56,201 bases of DNA, from positions 1 to 56,201 of the forward strand of contig JAYZQJ010000194.1 of the NCBI GenBank assembly GCA_036149055.1. Direction: 5' to 3'. Position 1 is the stretch's first letter. Every line of letters begins with the position of its first letter. Source of the stretch: Myxococcota bacterium. Its GTDB lineage: Bacteria > Myxococcota_A > Polyangia > Polyangiales > Sandaracinaceae. Below are positions 29,628 to 39,900 of the stretch, piece after piece. The notes under the pieces were generated by a model that was not told the DNA's origin, did no database searches, and was given only the letters and a program-made list of their open reading frames with translations. Made by a program: the position numbers and the translations under genes.

Positions 29628-29655
29628 AATCTAGCTGGCTGGCCGGGGATGTCAA
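29628..29655 (-). promoter_or_regulatory. Sigma70 promoter of tRNA-Leu
   Basis: TTGACA-16 bp-TAGATT, 12 nt upstream of the tRNA 5' end. Confidence 0.75.
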
Positions 29656-30032
29656 GCGGTGGCGATGTCCTTTTTCGGGGGACGCGTGTACCACCAGGCC
29701 CAGAGCACGAAGAGGGCCTGGAACGGCAGCCTCAGGTAGAGGCCCCAGGCCGGCGCGTCGAACTGCTCCGGGTGCAGCGCCATGTGGACGTTGGCGGGGA
29801 AGACCGCGAACAGGAGCGCGATGAGGCCCCAGGCGGCGAAGGCGCGGGTGCGCGGCCAGAGCAGGAGCAGGCCGAGCGCGATCTCGGCGATCCCGGAGAT
29901 CCAGACCAGCTCCAGGTGGGCCGGGAGATAGGGCGGCATGATCGCCACGTAGAAGTCCGGGCTCACGAAGTGGTTCACGCCCGCGGCGACGTAGGCGAAG
30001 GCCATCACGTAGAGGAGCGCCGTCTTCAACAC
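29652..30032 (-). CDS. DoxX-like membrane protein
   Basis: AGVNHF..P.FYVAIMPPYLP, SGIAEIALG, VFPANVHMA, RLPFQ. Confidence 0.85.
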   Translation of the reverse strand: MLKTALLYVMAFAYVAAGVNHFVSPDFYVAIMPPYLPAHLELVWISGIAEIALGLLLLWPRTRAFAAWGLIALLFAVFPANVHMALHPEQFDAPAWGLYLRLPFQALFVLWAWWYTRPPKKDIATA

Positions 30033-30160
30033 CGCACCTACGTGGCTCCACCGCGTTCGGATCGCAATCGGTGACGCGCCTGACAGCGGCGGCGGACAGG
30101 GCTGGCAGCGGGGCGGCCGCAGGCGCCGAAAAGCTCAACGATCTCGTGAAGCGACCGGTC

Positions 30161-30176
30161 TGGCACGGAGGTCGCT
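30161..30176 (+). promoter_or_regulatory. Sigma54 (-24/-12) promoter
   Basis: TGGCAC-GGAGG-TCGCT about 33 nt before ATG 30209. Confidence 0.6.
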
Positions 30177-30208
30177 CAGGGGCTCGTCACTCGAAAGGGA
30201 GACGAGAC

Positions 30209-30634
30209 ATGAACGACAAGATCGGCAAGCTGGGCGGTGTGTGGGTGTGGCTCTTCGCGCTGAGCGCGGTGCTCCTCGGCATGGGGAGCGGGTACGTGAC
30301 CGCGGGCATGGGCGCGAAGATCTCGAGCGCGGTGTACTTCGGGATCTTCCTGGTGAGCGGCTTCGCGGCGATGGCGCTCACCAAGGCCAAGGCGCTGCTC
30401 GGCATCGCCGCCTTCCTGCTCGCGGCCCTGATCAGCGCCGCCGGCTACTTCTGGGTCGCGGCCCAGGCGATGACCGAGGCGACCAGCGCGCTCGGCGCGG
30501 CCGAGGTCGGGGGCACGCTCGGGGCGGCGATGGGCGCCTTCGTGGCCGTGATCACCTTCCTCGTGAGCGCGACCGGGGGCGTCACCGGCGCCGTCGCCGG
30601 CGTGCGCGCCCGCAAGCAGCTCGCGGCGGCGTGA
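30209..30634 (+). CDS. Gly/Ala-rich multi-pass membrane protein
   Basis: AAGGGAG RBS; about four hydrophobic segments. Confidence 0.75.
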   Translation: MNDKIGKLGGVWVWLFALSAVLLGMGSGYVTAGMGAKISSAVYFGIFLVSGFAAMALTKAKALLGIAAFLLAALISAAGYFWVAAQAMTEATSALGAAEVGGTLGAAMGAFVAVITFLVSATGGVTGAVAGVRARKQLAAA

Positions 30635-30713
30635 GCGCGGACCCGCCCGCCCTCGGCCGGGCCGGGCGGGTCCGACCGGACGTGTCCCTCGCCGCCCGAT
30701 ATGCTCGGCGGCG

Positions 30714-33011
30714 ATGGACTCCGTCGGCGACTACGTCCTGCTCGACCGGGTGGGCGAGGGCGGCATGGCCCAGGTGTGGCGGGCCCGGGCGCCGGGCGGC
30801 GACGAGGTCGCGATCAAGGTGCTCGGGCGGGGCGGCGAGGCGTCCGAGGCGGACCTGGGCCGCTTCGAGCGCGAGATCCGGATCGCGGAGTCGCTCTCGC
30901 ACCCCCACCTGATCTCGGTGCTCGACCACGGGGTCGACGAGGCGCGCGGGCCGTGGCTCGCGATGCCGCTGGTCCGCGGCATGACGCTGCGCGACCTGTT
31001 CGCGGGGCAGCGGCTGTCGCCCGAGGCGGCGCTGGTCCTGCTCGAGCCGCTCGCGGAGGCGCTCGGCGCGCTGCACGCCGAGGGGCTCGTGCACCGCGAC
31101 GTGAAGCCCGAGAACCTGATGCTGAGCCCGCTGGGCGACGTGACCCTGGTGGACCTCGGGCTGGCGATCGGCGAGGGCGACACGCGCCACACCCGCGAGG
31201 GCGAGGTGGCGGGATCGATCCCCTACATGTCGCCCGAGCGCATCGAGGGGCGCGACGTCGACGCCACCGCCGACGTCTGGTCGTTCGCGGTGATGCTCTA
31301 CGAGCTGGTCGCCGGCGAGCGGCCCTTCGCGCGGGAGCGGCCGGCGGAGGAGGTGGCCGCGATCCTCTCCGGCGCCTTCGAGCCGCTCTCGACGCGCGAC
31401 CGGCGGACCCCGCCCGAGCTCGACTTCTTCGTCGGCGCCGCGCTGTCGCCCGATCCGTGGAGCCGGCCGCGCGACGCGGCCGCGGTGCTGCAGCGCATCT
31501 CGCCGCTCATCCCGGGCGCGCGCGAGAGCCGCAAGGCCGACCGGGTCTCGGTGCTGAGCGATCGCCGGGGCTTCGAGGCGCGGGTGGCCCAGCGCGCGGC
31601 GGCGAAGCTCTGCGACGAGGCCGAGGCGATGCTCGCGCGCGGCGACGGCTTCGGGGCGCTGCGGGTGCTCGACCGGGCGCTGGCCCACGCGCCCGACGAC
31701 GCCCGGATCACCGCGCTCGTCGAGCGCGCCGGTGAGGGGCCGGTCGCGCCGCCGGTCGCGCCGCCGGTCGACTCGGAGCTGAGCGCCCCGCCGCCCCGTC
31801 CGCGCCGGGCCTGGATCGCGGCGGGCTTCGCGCTGCTGCTCGGCGGCGGCGCGGCGGGCTTCGCGCTGCTGAGCCAGTCGGCGGACGAGGCGCCGCTCGA
31901 GGCGGCGGTGGCGGCGGCGAGCCAGGCGTCCGAGGAGGAGGCGCCGGTCGACGCCGGCGCGGCGGAGGCGGCCGACGGGGGCGCGCCGCTCGCCTATCAC
32001 CGCATCCCCGACGCGCTGCTCACCAACGACGGCCCCGCCGATCCCGACGCGCTGCGGCCGGCCGAAGGAGAGCCGCTGGTCGAGGCGAGCGGGCTCGGCG
32101 AGGACCCCGAGGCGGCGGTCGCGCGCACCACCCGCGCGCTCGAGGACACGCCGGACGACGTCTCGCTCCAGGTCGAGCGGGCGATGGCCCAGCTCGCGCT
32201 CGGTCGGTCCGAGGGGCTGCGCGCGGTCGAGCGGCTGACCCGGGCGCACCCGGACGCGCCCGACGCCTGGACCGCGCTCGGGCACGTGCGCCTCCGGCAG
32301 GGGCGGTTCGACGAAGCGCAGGCCGCGCTCGACCGGGCGATCGAGCTCGACCCCGAGCACGTCACCGCCCATCGCCACCGCGGCCTGCTGGCCCTGCGGC
32401 TCGGCCGGACGCGCGACGCCTACGCGGCGCTCGCGCGCACCCTGGAGCTCGACCCCGGGAACCTGCACGCGCTCACCGGCATGGCCGAGATCTACCAGCA
32501 GGTCGGGCGCACCCCCGACGCGGCGCCCTTCCTCGAGCGGCTGACCGAGCGCTCCCCGTTCAGCGCCGAGGCCTGGGCCGCGCTCGCGATCGCGCTCGCC
32601 CAGTCCCGCGATCCCGCCGAGCGGCGCGGGGGCGTCGCGGCGGTGGAGCGGGCGCTCGAGCTCGACCCGGACAACCCCCGGGCCCTCGAGCAGCGCTGCC
32701 TCCTCTTCGCGCAGCTCGAGCAGCCGGGCGCGATCGCCGCGTGCGATCAGGCGGTGGTCGCGCTCCCGACCCACACCGATCTCTTCACCGCCCGGGCCCT
32801 CGCGCATTCGCGGCAGGGCATGCACGCGCAGGCGCTGGCCGACGCCGATCGCGCGGTGGAGCTCGCGCCGACCGAGGCGCGGCACTACGCGAACCGCGCG
32901 ATCGTGCGCGGTCGAGCCGGGCGAGAGGCGGAGGCGGTCGCCGACGTGCGCGCCGCCTGCCAGCTCGGTCACCAGCGCTCGTGCGCCCGCCTCGGCTCGC
33001 TCGGCCCGTAG
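30714..33011 (+). CDS. Membrane Ser/Thr protein kinase with C-terminal TPR domain
   Basis: GEGGMAQV, VAIK, HRDVKPEN, DLG, YMSPE, DVWSFAV; TM helix; TPR array. Confidence 0.92.
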   Translation: MDSVGDYVLLDRVGEGGMAQVWRARAPGGDEVAIKVLGRGGEASEADLGRFEREIRIAESLSHPHLISVLDHGVDEARGPWLAMPLVRGMTLRDLFAGQRLSPEAALVLLEPLAEALGALHAEGLVHRDVKPENLMLSPLGDVTLVDLGLAIGEGDTRHTREGEVAGSIPYMSPERIEGRDVDATADVWSFAVMLYELVAGERPFARERPAEEVAAILSGAFEPLSTRDRRTPPELDFFVGAALSPDPWSRPRDAAAVLQRISPLIPGARESRKADRVSVLSDRRGFEARVAQRAAAKLCDEAEAMLARGDGFGALRVLDRALAHAPDDARITALVERAGEGPVAPPVAPPVDSELSAPPPRPRRAWIAAGFALLLGGGAAGFALLSQSADEAPLEAAVAAASQASEEEAPVDAGAAEAADGGAPLAYHRIPDALLTNDGPADPDALRPAEGEPLVEASGLGEDPEAAVARTTRALEDTPDDVSLQVERAMAQLALGRSEGLRAVERLTRAHPDAPDAWTALGHVRLRQGRFDEAQAALDRAIELDPEHVTAHRHRGLLALRLGRTRDAYAALARTLELDPGNLHALTGMAEIYQQVGRTPDAAPFLERLTERSPFSAEAWAALAIALAQSRDPAERRGGVAAVERALELDPDNPRALEQRCLLFAQLEQPGAIAACDQAVVALPTHTDLFTARALAHSRQGMHAQALADADRAVELAPTEARHYANRAIVRGRAGREAEAVADVRAACQLGHQRSCARLGSLGP

Positions 33012-33043
33012 CCTCGCGGGCCGATGCGCGGTACAGCGGATCG

Positions 33044-34735
33044 ATGATGGGCCTGCGGCTGACGATCCGGGTGAAGGGGCTCGAGCCGCTCGAGCGTCGC
33101 CTCGATCGCGCCTTGCTCTCGATCGGCTCCGCGCCCGACGCGGACATCCGGCTCGCCCCGGTGGCCGCGCAGTGGGCGATCCTGCGGGTGCGCGACGACG
33201 GCCTGGAGATCCGGCGCATCGGGGTCGCGGGCGCGACGCGGCTCGCCGCCGGCGAGGCGATCACGCTCGACGAGGTCGAGCTCTCCCTGGTCTCGGGAGC
33301 GCTCGCGGAGGACGACGACGGTCTCCCGGTGCAGGCCCTCGCCGAGGCGCTCGCCGGCGCCGAGACGCCGGACGCCGCGCTCGACCGGCTCCTCGGCGGG
33401 CTGATCCACGCGACCGGGGCGGAGACCGGCGCGGTGCTGCTCGCCGAGCGCGGCGGCTACGAGGTCGCGGCTGCGCGGCACGCCGACGGCCGGGTGCTCG
33501 AGGAGGCGGAGCAGCTCCTGAGCGACACGCTGGTGACCGACGTGCTCGCCGGCTCGAGCTCGACCCTCTGCCTCCGCGACCTCGGCGCCCACGCCCGCTA
33601 CCGCTCGGTGCCCTCGGTGGTCGCGCTCCGGCTGAGCAGCGTGCTCTGCGTCCCGATGCGGCTCGGCCCGCGGGTGCTCGGCGCGATCTACCTCGGCCAC
33701 CACGACCCGAAGCGCGGCTTCGCCGACGCGCACGCCCGCGACCTGAAGGTGCTCGCCTCGATGGCGCTGCCCCTGCTCGCCCAGCTCCGCCGCGCCCGCC
33801 AGGTGCCCGACGCGCTCGAGGCGCTGGTGGGCGAGTCGGCGGCGATGGCCGAGGTGCGCGAGCTGGTCCGGCGGGTGGCGCCGAGCGATCTCAGCGTGCT
33901 CCTGCTCGGCGAGACCGGGACCGGCAAGGAGGTCACCGCGCGGGCCATTCACGGGGCGAGCCCCCGGGCCGACCGCGCGCTCGTCGCGCTCAACTGCGCG
34001 GCGGTGCCGGAGAGCCTGCTCGCGGTGGAGCTCTTCGGCTGCAAGAAGGGCGCGTTCACCGGCGCGCTGACCGACCGGGTGGGGCGCATCGAGGCCGCGC
34101 ACGGCTCGACCCTGTTCCTCGACGAGGTGGGCGACATGCCCACGCCGATGCAGGTGGCGCTGCTGCGGGTGCTCGAGGAGCGCGTGATCACCCGGGTGGG
34201 CGAGAACGACGAGCGCCCGGTCGACTTCCGGCTCGTCGCCGCCACCAGCAAGGACCTCGACGCCGAGGTGGAGGCGGGGCGGTTCCGGAAGGATCTCCTC
34301 TACCGGCTGCGGGAGCTCGCCATCGTCCTGCCGCCGCTCCGCGACCGGGAGGGCGACGCCCTGCTCCTCGCCCGGCTCTTCCTCCGCCAGGCGGAGTCGC
34401 AGCTCGGGCTCCGGCCCCGCGCGCTGTCGGCGGCGGCCACCCGGGCGCTGTCGTCCCACCGCTTCGAGGGGAACGTGCGCGAGCTCCGGGCGGTGATGCG
34501 GCGCGCCTCCATCCTCTGCGACGGCGACGCGATCGAGCCCGCGCACCTGCAGCTCGAGGCCCCGCGCGCGGCGTCGCCCGAGATGGGGCCGCTCGACGCC
34601 CCGCTGGCCGAGGCGCGGGACGCGTTCGTCGCTCGCTACGTGCGCGCGGTGCTCAACCGCCACGGAGGCAACCGGGAGGCGGCGGCCGCGGCGCTCGACA
34701 TCAGCGTCCGCAGCCTCTACCGGTATCTCAGCTGA
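33044..34735 (+). CDS. Sigma54 enhancer-binding protein (degenerate FHA-GAF-AAA+-HTH)
   Basis: [36 protein letters not shown], Fis-type HTH. Confidence 0.93.
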   Translation: MMGLRLTIRVKGLEPLERRLDRALLSIGSAPDADIRLAPVAAQWAILRVRDDGLEIRRIGVAGATRLAAGEAITLDEVELSLVSGALAEDDDGLPVQALAEALAGAETPDAALDRLLGGLIHATGAETGAVLLAERGGYEVAAARHADGRVLEEAEQLLSDTLVTDVLAGSSSTLCLRDLGAHARYRSVPSVVALRLSSVLCVPMRLGPRVLGAIYLGHHDPKRGFADAHARDLKVLASMALPLLAQLRRARQVPDALEALVGESAAMAEVRELVRRVAPSDLSVLLLGETGTGKEVTARAIHGASPRADRALVALNCAAVPESLLAVELFGCKKGAFTGALTDRVGRIEAAHGSTLFLDEVGDMPTPMQVALLRVLEERVITRVGENDERPVDFRLVAATSKDLDAEVEAGRFRKDLLYRLRELAIVLPPLRDREGDALLLARLFLRQAESQLGLRPRALSAAATRALSSHRFEGNVRELRAVMRRASILCDGDAIEPAHLQLEAPRAASPEMGPLDAPLAEARDAFVARYVRAVLNRHGGNREAAAAALDISVRSLYRYLS

Positions 34736-35398
34736 TCAGCTCGCGGCCCGCTGGGGCACGAGGCCGTGGTCGACCGCGTAGAGCACGAGGTCCACGGTGG
34801 TCTTCACGCTGAGCTTGTCCATGATGCGCGCCCGGTAGGTCTGCACCGTCTTGGCGCTGATCCCGAGCGACTTGGCGATCTGCGACGCCTTCTGGCCGCG
34901 CACGATCCGCTCGAGCACCTCGCGCTCCCGATCCGAGAGCGCCTGGTGGGGCGCCTCCTCCGGCTCGGTGGGTACGCCGCGCACGAGGAGCTCCACGAGC
35001 TCGGGCGGCATGTAGCGCTGGCCGCTCGCCACGGTGCGCAGCGCCTCCACGATCTCGTGCGGCCCCGCCGTCTTGGCGAGGAAGCCCTGAGCGCCGGCGC
35101 GGAGGCAGCCCACGCCGACCTCCTCGACCTCGCGCATCGTGAAGACGAGCACCGCCGCGCGGGGGTACCGCCTGACGAGCTCCCGTACGAGATCGTACCC
35201 GTGGACGTCGGGCATTCCGAGGTCCAGCAGGACGACGTCGGGCGAGGACACCGAGACCCCCGCCAGGGTCTCGACGCCGGTGCCCGCCTCACCGACGACC
35301 ACGAGGTCGTCGAGCTCGTCGAGGATCTGCTTGATCCCCCGGCGGATGGCCGGGAAATCGTCCGCCACGAAGACAGTGGCATTGCTCCGTTCCGACAT
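34736..35398 (-). CDS. NarL/LuxR family response regulator
   Basis: REC (ADD, DLGMP) plus LuxR HTH LSDREREVL...TVQTYRARIMDKL. Confidence 0.93.
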   Translation of the reverse strand: MSERSNATVFVADDFPAIRRGIKQILDELDDLVVVGEAGTGVETLAGVSVSSPDVVLLDLGMPDVHGYDLVRELVRRYPRAAVLVFTMREVEEVGVGCLRAGAQGFLAKTAGPHEIVEALRTVASGQRYMPPELVELLVRGVPTEPEEAPHQALSDREREVLERIVRGQKASQIAKSLGISAKTVQTYRARIMDKLSVKTTVDLVLYAVDHGLVPQRAAS

Positions 35399-35634
35399 GT
35401 CGGGAGCTTACACGATTTTTGCGCGCGTCCAACGTCGCCCGACACGGTTTTTGAACGCAGTTCAGTCTTTTCGCGGGCGGTTCGAGGACGTCACGCACCC
35501 TTTTCGCGCCGTCTTCGGGCGCCCTCGCCCGAGCTGTGACCAATCGGGGTAAGCGACGAGTAAGGGCGCACGATCGCGTTCGACGTCGGCGGACTACCGA
35601 CGTCGAATGTCGCCCTCATCGGAATGATTCAATC

Positions 35635-36546
35635 TCAGGGACAGCTACAGTGGCGTTGACTCGGAGCGGACTCCAGCTCGCCGCAGCTCCCGCTGGCCGG
35701 CAGCTCCCAGTAGGCGTCCTCGACCACCGCCCCGGGGGTGAGCCCGTGGGCCTCGACGCAGCCCCGGGAGAACTCGAGGGTCCGGGTGAGCGGCACGCAG
35801 CCGTCGGGGTAGGTCGCCTCGGGCGCCATGGTCAGGGTGACGTCGAGCAGATCGTCGCAGCCGTCGCCCCCGTCCCCGACCGCGTCCACCGTGACCGCGC
35901 CGGTGACCATCCAGACCTCACAGCCGAAGCGGTACTCGGTGGGGATGGTGTCGCACTCGTCGAAGCCGTCCTCGTCGACCGCGCGCACGGAGACCTCGCC
36001 GCGCAGCGCGAAGTCCACCCCGCGGACCTCGGCCTCGAGCACGAAGCGGTGACCGTCGGGCGCGTCCCAGCCGATCTGATCGTTCAGGTGCCGCATCTGC
36101 AGGCGGTCGCCGCTCCGCCGCATCGGGTCGGTCCAGTCGTAGGAGTGCGACGGGGCGTCTCCCGCCTCCCCCGGGTGGGCGGGGTCCTCGCGGTGCCGGA
36201 GGCGGACCTGCACGCAGCCGTCACCGCTGGTCACCGACGCCGGGATCTCCAGGGACGGCAGGATCATCGTGCCGCCCTGGAAGCCCCACTCGTAGGTCAC
36301 GTCCTGGCCGTCCTCCCAGGGCACGACCTCCTCGTCGCGCAGCTCGCCGATCACGAGCCCCGGCTCCGCGTCCCCCTCGAAGTAGGTGAGACCCCGGCAG
36401 CGCTGCGCGTAGCAGGCGCCGTCGAGGCAGATCCGGTCGGGGCCGCTGTCGAGATCGGGCTCGGGCCCGCCGTCGGCCGTCTCGACGACGACGAGCGGCT
36501 GGCACCCGACCAGGCAGAGGACCAGGGAGACGAAGGAGGCGCGCAT
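35635..36546 (-). CDS. Lipoprotein, hypothetical
   Basis: MRASFVSLVLCLVGC lipobox; WGFQGG motif. Confidence 0.7.
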   Translation of the reverse strand: MRASFVSLVLCLVGCQPLVVVETADGGPEPDLDSGPDRICLDGACYAQRCRGLTYFEGDAEPGLVIGELRDEEVVPWEDGQDVTYEWGFQGGTMILPSLEIPASVTSGDGCVQVRLRHREDPAHPGEAGDAPSHSYDWTDPMRRSGDRLQMRHLNDQIGWDAPDGHRFVLEAEVRGVDFALRGEVSVRAVDEDGFDECDTIPTEYRFGCEVWMVTGAVTVDAVGDGGDGCDDLLDVTLTMAPEATYPDGCVPLTRTLEFSRGCVEAHGLTPGAVVEDAYWELPASGSCGELESAPSQRHCSCP

Positions 36547-36662
36547 GGGCCGCGCTCCAGGCAAGTGAAGTGCCATCCCTCGGCGCGGACAGTTGGAGGG
36601 GCCGGTGGCACGGATCGGCGCGCCCACCGGATCGGGAGGCACGCCAGACCGTCACGCCGGCT

Positions 36663-37415
36663 TCAGGAGACCAGGCCCCAGACGACCCCGCCGAGCATCT
36701 GGAGCGCGACGAGCACCAGGAGCGCGCGGGTCGCGGTGGCGAAGCCGCGCTCGCTCATCCGGTCCAGCAGGTGCTTGCCGACCCAGGTGCCCACGAACAC
36801 GCCGGCGACCATCAGCGCGAGCGGCATCGCCCACGGCCCGAAGTCGAAGGAGAGGGCGAGGCCGAAGAGCGGGATCTTCAGCGCGTGCCCGACCGTCTGC
36901 ACCATCGCCTTGGTGGCGACGTGGGCCTCCTTCTTCACGTCGTAGAGGAGGAGCGCCTGCGAGACGAGCGGCCCGGTGGAGCCGACGACCACGCCGAGCA
37001 GGCCGGTCAGGAAGCCGAAGAGGTAGAACGCGCGCAGCGAGGTGGCGCTCTGGGGCTTCGGCACCTTCTTGGCGAAGAGGCTCGCGAGGATGGCCAGCGC
37101 GAGCAGCACCTCGAGGACCCGGGGATCGGTCGAGGCGAGCCACGCGACCACCACGATGCCGAGCGCCGAGCCCGGCAGGACGAGCGCCAGGAAGCGCCCC
37201 GCGATGTCCCAGCGGACGTGCCGCCAGAACGCCGCGATGCGGGTGAGCCCGGCCGCCGCCTGCACCGCGCCGTGCAGGGGCACGACGGCGGTGGCCGGCA
37301 CGACCAGGAGCAGCCCGGAGAGGAGCAGCACGCCGCCCCCCACGCCCGTCATCGCCGACAACGCGGCGGCGGCGAGCGCGGCGAGGCCCAGCACGGCCGC
37401 GACGAAGGGCGTCAT
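36663..37415 (-). CDS. TauE/SafE (TSUP) family membrane transporter
   Basis: SAMTGVGGGVLL, VPLHGAVQ, VGSTGPL; about eight TM helices. Confidence 0.88.
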   Translation of the reverse strand: MTPFVAAVLGLAALAAAALSAMTGVGGGVLLLSGLLLVVPATAVVPLHGAVQAAAGLTRIAAFWRHVRWDIAGRFLALVLPGSALGIVVVAWLASTDPRVLEVLLALAILASLFAKKVPKPQSATSLRAFYLFGFLTGLLGVVVGSTGPLVSQALLLYDVKKEAHVATKAMVQTVGHALKIPLFGLALSFDFGPWAMPLALMVAGVFVGTWVGKHLLDRMSERGFATATRALLVLVALQMLGGVVWGLVS

Positions 37416-37416
37416 G

Positions 37417-38553
37417 TCAGTGGACCGGCGGCGGCGCCTCGGAGAGCTGCTGCTTGCGACCGGCCTTCTTCTTCAGCCGGGAGCGATCGAGGTAGGCCAG
37501 GTGGGCGGCGCCGACCTCGGCCCGGAGCTGCGCGGCCACCTCGACGAGGTGGTCGTAGAGCGCCTCCACGCAGTCGACGTGCGCCTTGGCGTCCAGCGGC
37601 ATCGAGAGCGTGTGCGCGCGGCCGAGCTGCGAGCCGACCGCGAAGCAGACGTCGATCTGCTGCACCGTGGTGAGGCGCCGCTTGAGCTTCTCGTTCTGGG
37701 TGGGGATCTCGCGGACCCAGTACTCGACGCCCTCGTGGGTCGCCCAGCCCGGGTGCTGCTCCCAGCCCGGCGCGTGGAGCTCGCCGGCCGCGACCATGCG
37801 CTGGCCGTTGTGCGGGAAGGGGTTCACGAACCAGGCGTCGTCCGGCTCGTCGTAGACCTCCTTCACGTCGATCAGGCGCGGCTCGATGTCGTCCCGGTTG
37901 GGCTCGAGCAGCAGCAGGGTGTGCAGCTTGCCGAGCGAGCCGGGGACCTCCGCCGCGGCGGTGATCGTGTAGACGCTGGCCAGCTCGAGCTCGTCGCGGC
38001 TCTCGAGGTAGCTCTCGAGCAGCGCCTGGAGGCGCGGCTGGTGGGGGTCGATCGGGTGCTCGGCGAGGCGGCCGCCCCACTTCCGGCCCTTCTCGAGGTA
38101 CCGGACGAGGTCCTGCTGCCAGCGCTTGGGCTCCTTCTTGCGCAGGTCGCGCATCTCCTCCCAGCCGAGGCCGGGGGCGCTGACGCCCATCAGGTAGCCG
38201 CGACGGAACGAGTCGAGCACCGCGGGGTGCAGGAGCCGGCCGTCGCTCTCGTCCGCCCGGCGGCAGGACACGGAGACCAGGAAGCGGGAGAGGTCGTAGC
38301 CGAACGGGCCGAAGCGCGCGCGGTCGAAGTCGACCATCGCCGCGCCGCGGGTGGTCTTGGCGTAGTTGGCCAGGTGCGGGTTGCCGTGAAGGAAGGCGCG
38401 GGGCATCGCGTCGACCTCCGCCAGCTCCACGAACCGGCGCTGCATGGCCGTGTGGGTGTGGCGGAAGAAGCGGTGGAGGCCGCGCTCCGGGTGACGGTAC
38501 TCGTCGACTAGTTCAGGCGAATCGCTCTGGGGCTGGCGGTGAAACGGGTTCAT
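37417..38553 (-). CDS. DUF2252 family kinase-like protein
   Basis: LHGNPHLANY, VDFD, PFGYDLSRFLVS, GSLG, LIDVKE, LGRAH. Confidence 0.75.
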   Translation of the reverse strand: MNPFHRQPQSDSPELVDEYRHPERGLHRFFRHTHTAMQRRFVELAEVDAMPRAFLHGNPHLANYAKTTRGAAMVDFDRARFGPFGYDLSRFLVSVSCRRADESDGRLLHPAVLDSFRRGYLMGVSAPGLGWEEMRDLRKKEPKRWQQDLVRYLEKGRKWGGRLAEHPIDPHQPRLQALLESYLESRDELELASVYTITAAAEVPGSLGKLHTLLLLEPNRDDIEPRLIDVKEVYDEPDDAWFVNPFPHNGQRMVAAGELHAPGWEQHPGWATHEGVEYWVREIPTQNEKLKRRLTTVQQIDVCFAVGSQLGRAHTLSMPLDAKAHVDCVEALYDHLVEVAAQLRAEVGAAHLAYLDRSRLKKKAGRKQQLSEAPPPVH

Positions 38554-38575
38554 CGTGAGGTCCCTTCCGCACGTA

Positions 38576-38701
38576 TGTGACGCAAAGGTGAGCGTGAGTC
38601 ACGCAAACGTCACAATTGCTACTTCTGCGACACGAAATCAAGTGGGCGGCTCTCTACGCCCCTCACTTTTCTGGGCAAGAGCTCCGTGACGCGTTTGTGA
38701 C
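38576..38701. promoter_or_regulatory. Cluster of GTCAC-N6-GTCAC direct-repeat boxes (OmpR/PhoB-type)
   Basis: 11-bp-period pairs at 38577/38588, 38598/38609 and 38686/38697 in a lower-GC intergenic region. Confidence 0.55.
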
Positions 38702-38712
38702 GGGCGCGTGGA

Positions 38713-39879
38713 TCAGCGCATCAGGATCGCCCAGAGGGCGCCGGCGAGCGTCAGCAGGCCCACCGCGAGCACGAAGAGCAGCCCCGTCGGTATCCCCGAA
38801 CGTGGACGTGGCTCGCGGGTGTGCAGCGTCGGGCGGTCGCGCTCGACGTAGGCGGGGCCGTCGATCTCCGTGGGGGCGTCGGTCCCCGGGATCGGCCCCG
38901 TGAAGCTGCCCGAGCTGGTGCTGAGCCCGGCGCTCTCGGTGATCGCCTTCCGCTCCTCGTGGCTGATCACCGCCGAGCTCGGCCCGGTGCGCTGCCGCGG
39001 CTCGGTGCGCTCGGCGTCGTGGAGCCGGACGCAGTCGGGCGGCAGGGCCCGGAGCGCCTCGAGCATCGCCCGGGCGGTCGGGAAGCGCTTGGCCGCGTCC
39101 TTGGCGAGCGACCTGGCGAGCAGCGCCTCGAGCGCGGGGTCGACCTCGAGCCCCGGCCGGACCTCGGTCAGCGGCGGGATCGGCTCGAGCAGGTGGGCCC
39201 GGAGCAGCTCCGAGCGGCGCTCGTAGAGGAAGGGGCGCCGGTCCGCGAGCAGCTCGTAGAGCATCACCCCGAGCGCGTAGACGTCGGCCCGCACGTCGAT
39301 GAACACGCCGGTGATCTGCTCGGGGGCCATGTAGGCCGGGGTGCCCACGATGCGGCCCTTGCGGGTGAGGGTGCCCTCCTCGTTGGTCTCCTCGACCGAG
39401 AGCATCTTGGCGAGCCCGAAGTCGAGCAGCTTCACCGCCCCGTCGTCGACGAGGAAGACGTTCGCGGGCTTGAGGTCGCGGTGCACCACCTCGTGCTCGT
39501 GGGCCTCCGCCAGCGCCTGGAGGATCGGCTCGTAGAGGGTCAGGGCCCGCATCGGGTCGATCGGCCCCTCCTCGAGCTCGTCCTCGAGGGTGCGGCCCTC
39601 GAGCAGCTCCATCGCGATGAAGGTCCGGCCCTCCTCGATCCCGAAGTCGGTGATCTCGACGATGTTCGGGTGCGAGAGCTTGTGCAGCACCCGCGCCTCG
39701 CGCCGGAAGCGCTTCTCGAGGCCGGTGATCGAGCCGAGGTCGTTGTGCAGGACCTTGAGCGCGACGGGCTGGCCGCCCGAGACCGCCCGATAGACGATCC
39801 CGGTCGCGCCGGTCCCGATCGTCTCGTCGATGCGGTAGGCGCCGAGCGTACGCCCGACCAGATCCTCCCCCGCCGGCAT
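38713..39879 (-). CDS. Ser/Thr protein kinase with C-terminal TM anchor
   Basis: GTGATGIV, VALK, HRDLKPAN, DFG, GTPAYMAPE. Confidence 0.93.
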   Translation of the reverse strand: MPAGEDLVGRTLGAYRIDETIGTGATGIVYRAVSGGQPVALKVLHNDLGSITGLEKRFRREARVLHKLSHPNIVEITDFGIEEGRTFIAMELLEGRTLEDELEEGPIDPMRALTLYEPILQALAEAHEHEVVHRDLKPANVFLVDDGAVKLLDFGLAKMLSVEETNEEGTLTRKGRIVGTPAYMAPEQITGVFIDVRADVYALGVMLYELLADRRPFLYERRSELLRAHLLEPIPPLTEVRPGLEVDPALEALLARSLAKDAAKRFPTARAMLEALRALPPDCVRLHDAERTEPRQRTGPSSAVISHEERKAITESAGLSTSSGSFTGPIPGTDAPTEIDGPAYVERDRPTLHTREPRPRSGIPTGLLFVLAVGLLTLAGALWAILMR

Positions 39880-39900
39880 GGGGGGACGATAAGGCGAGCC

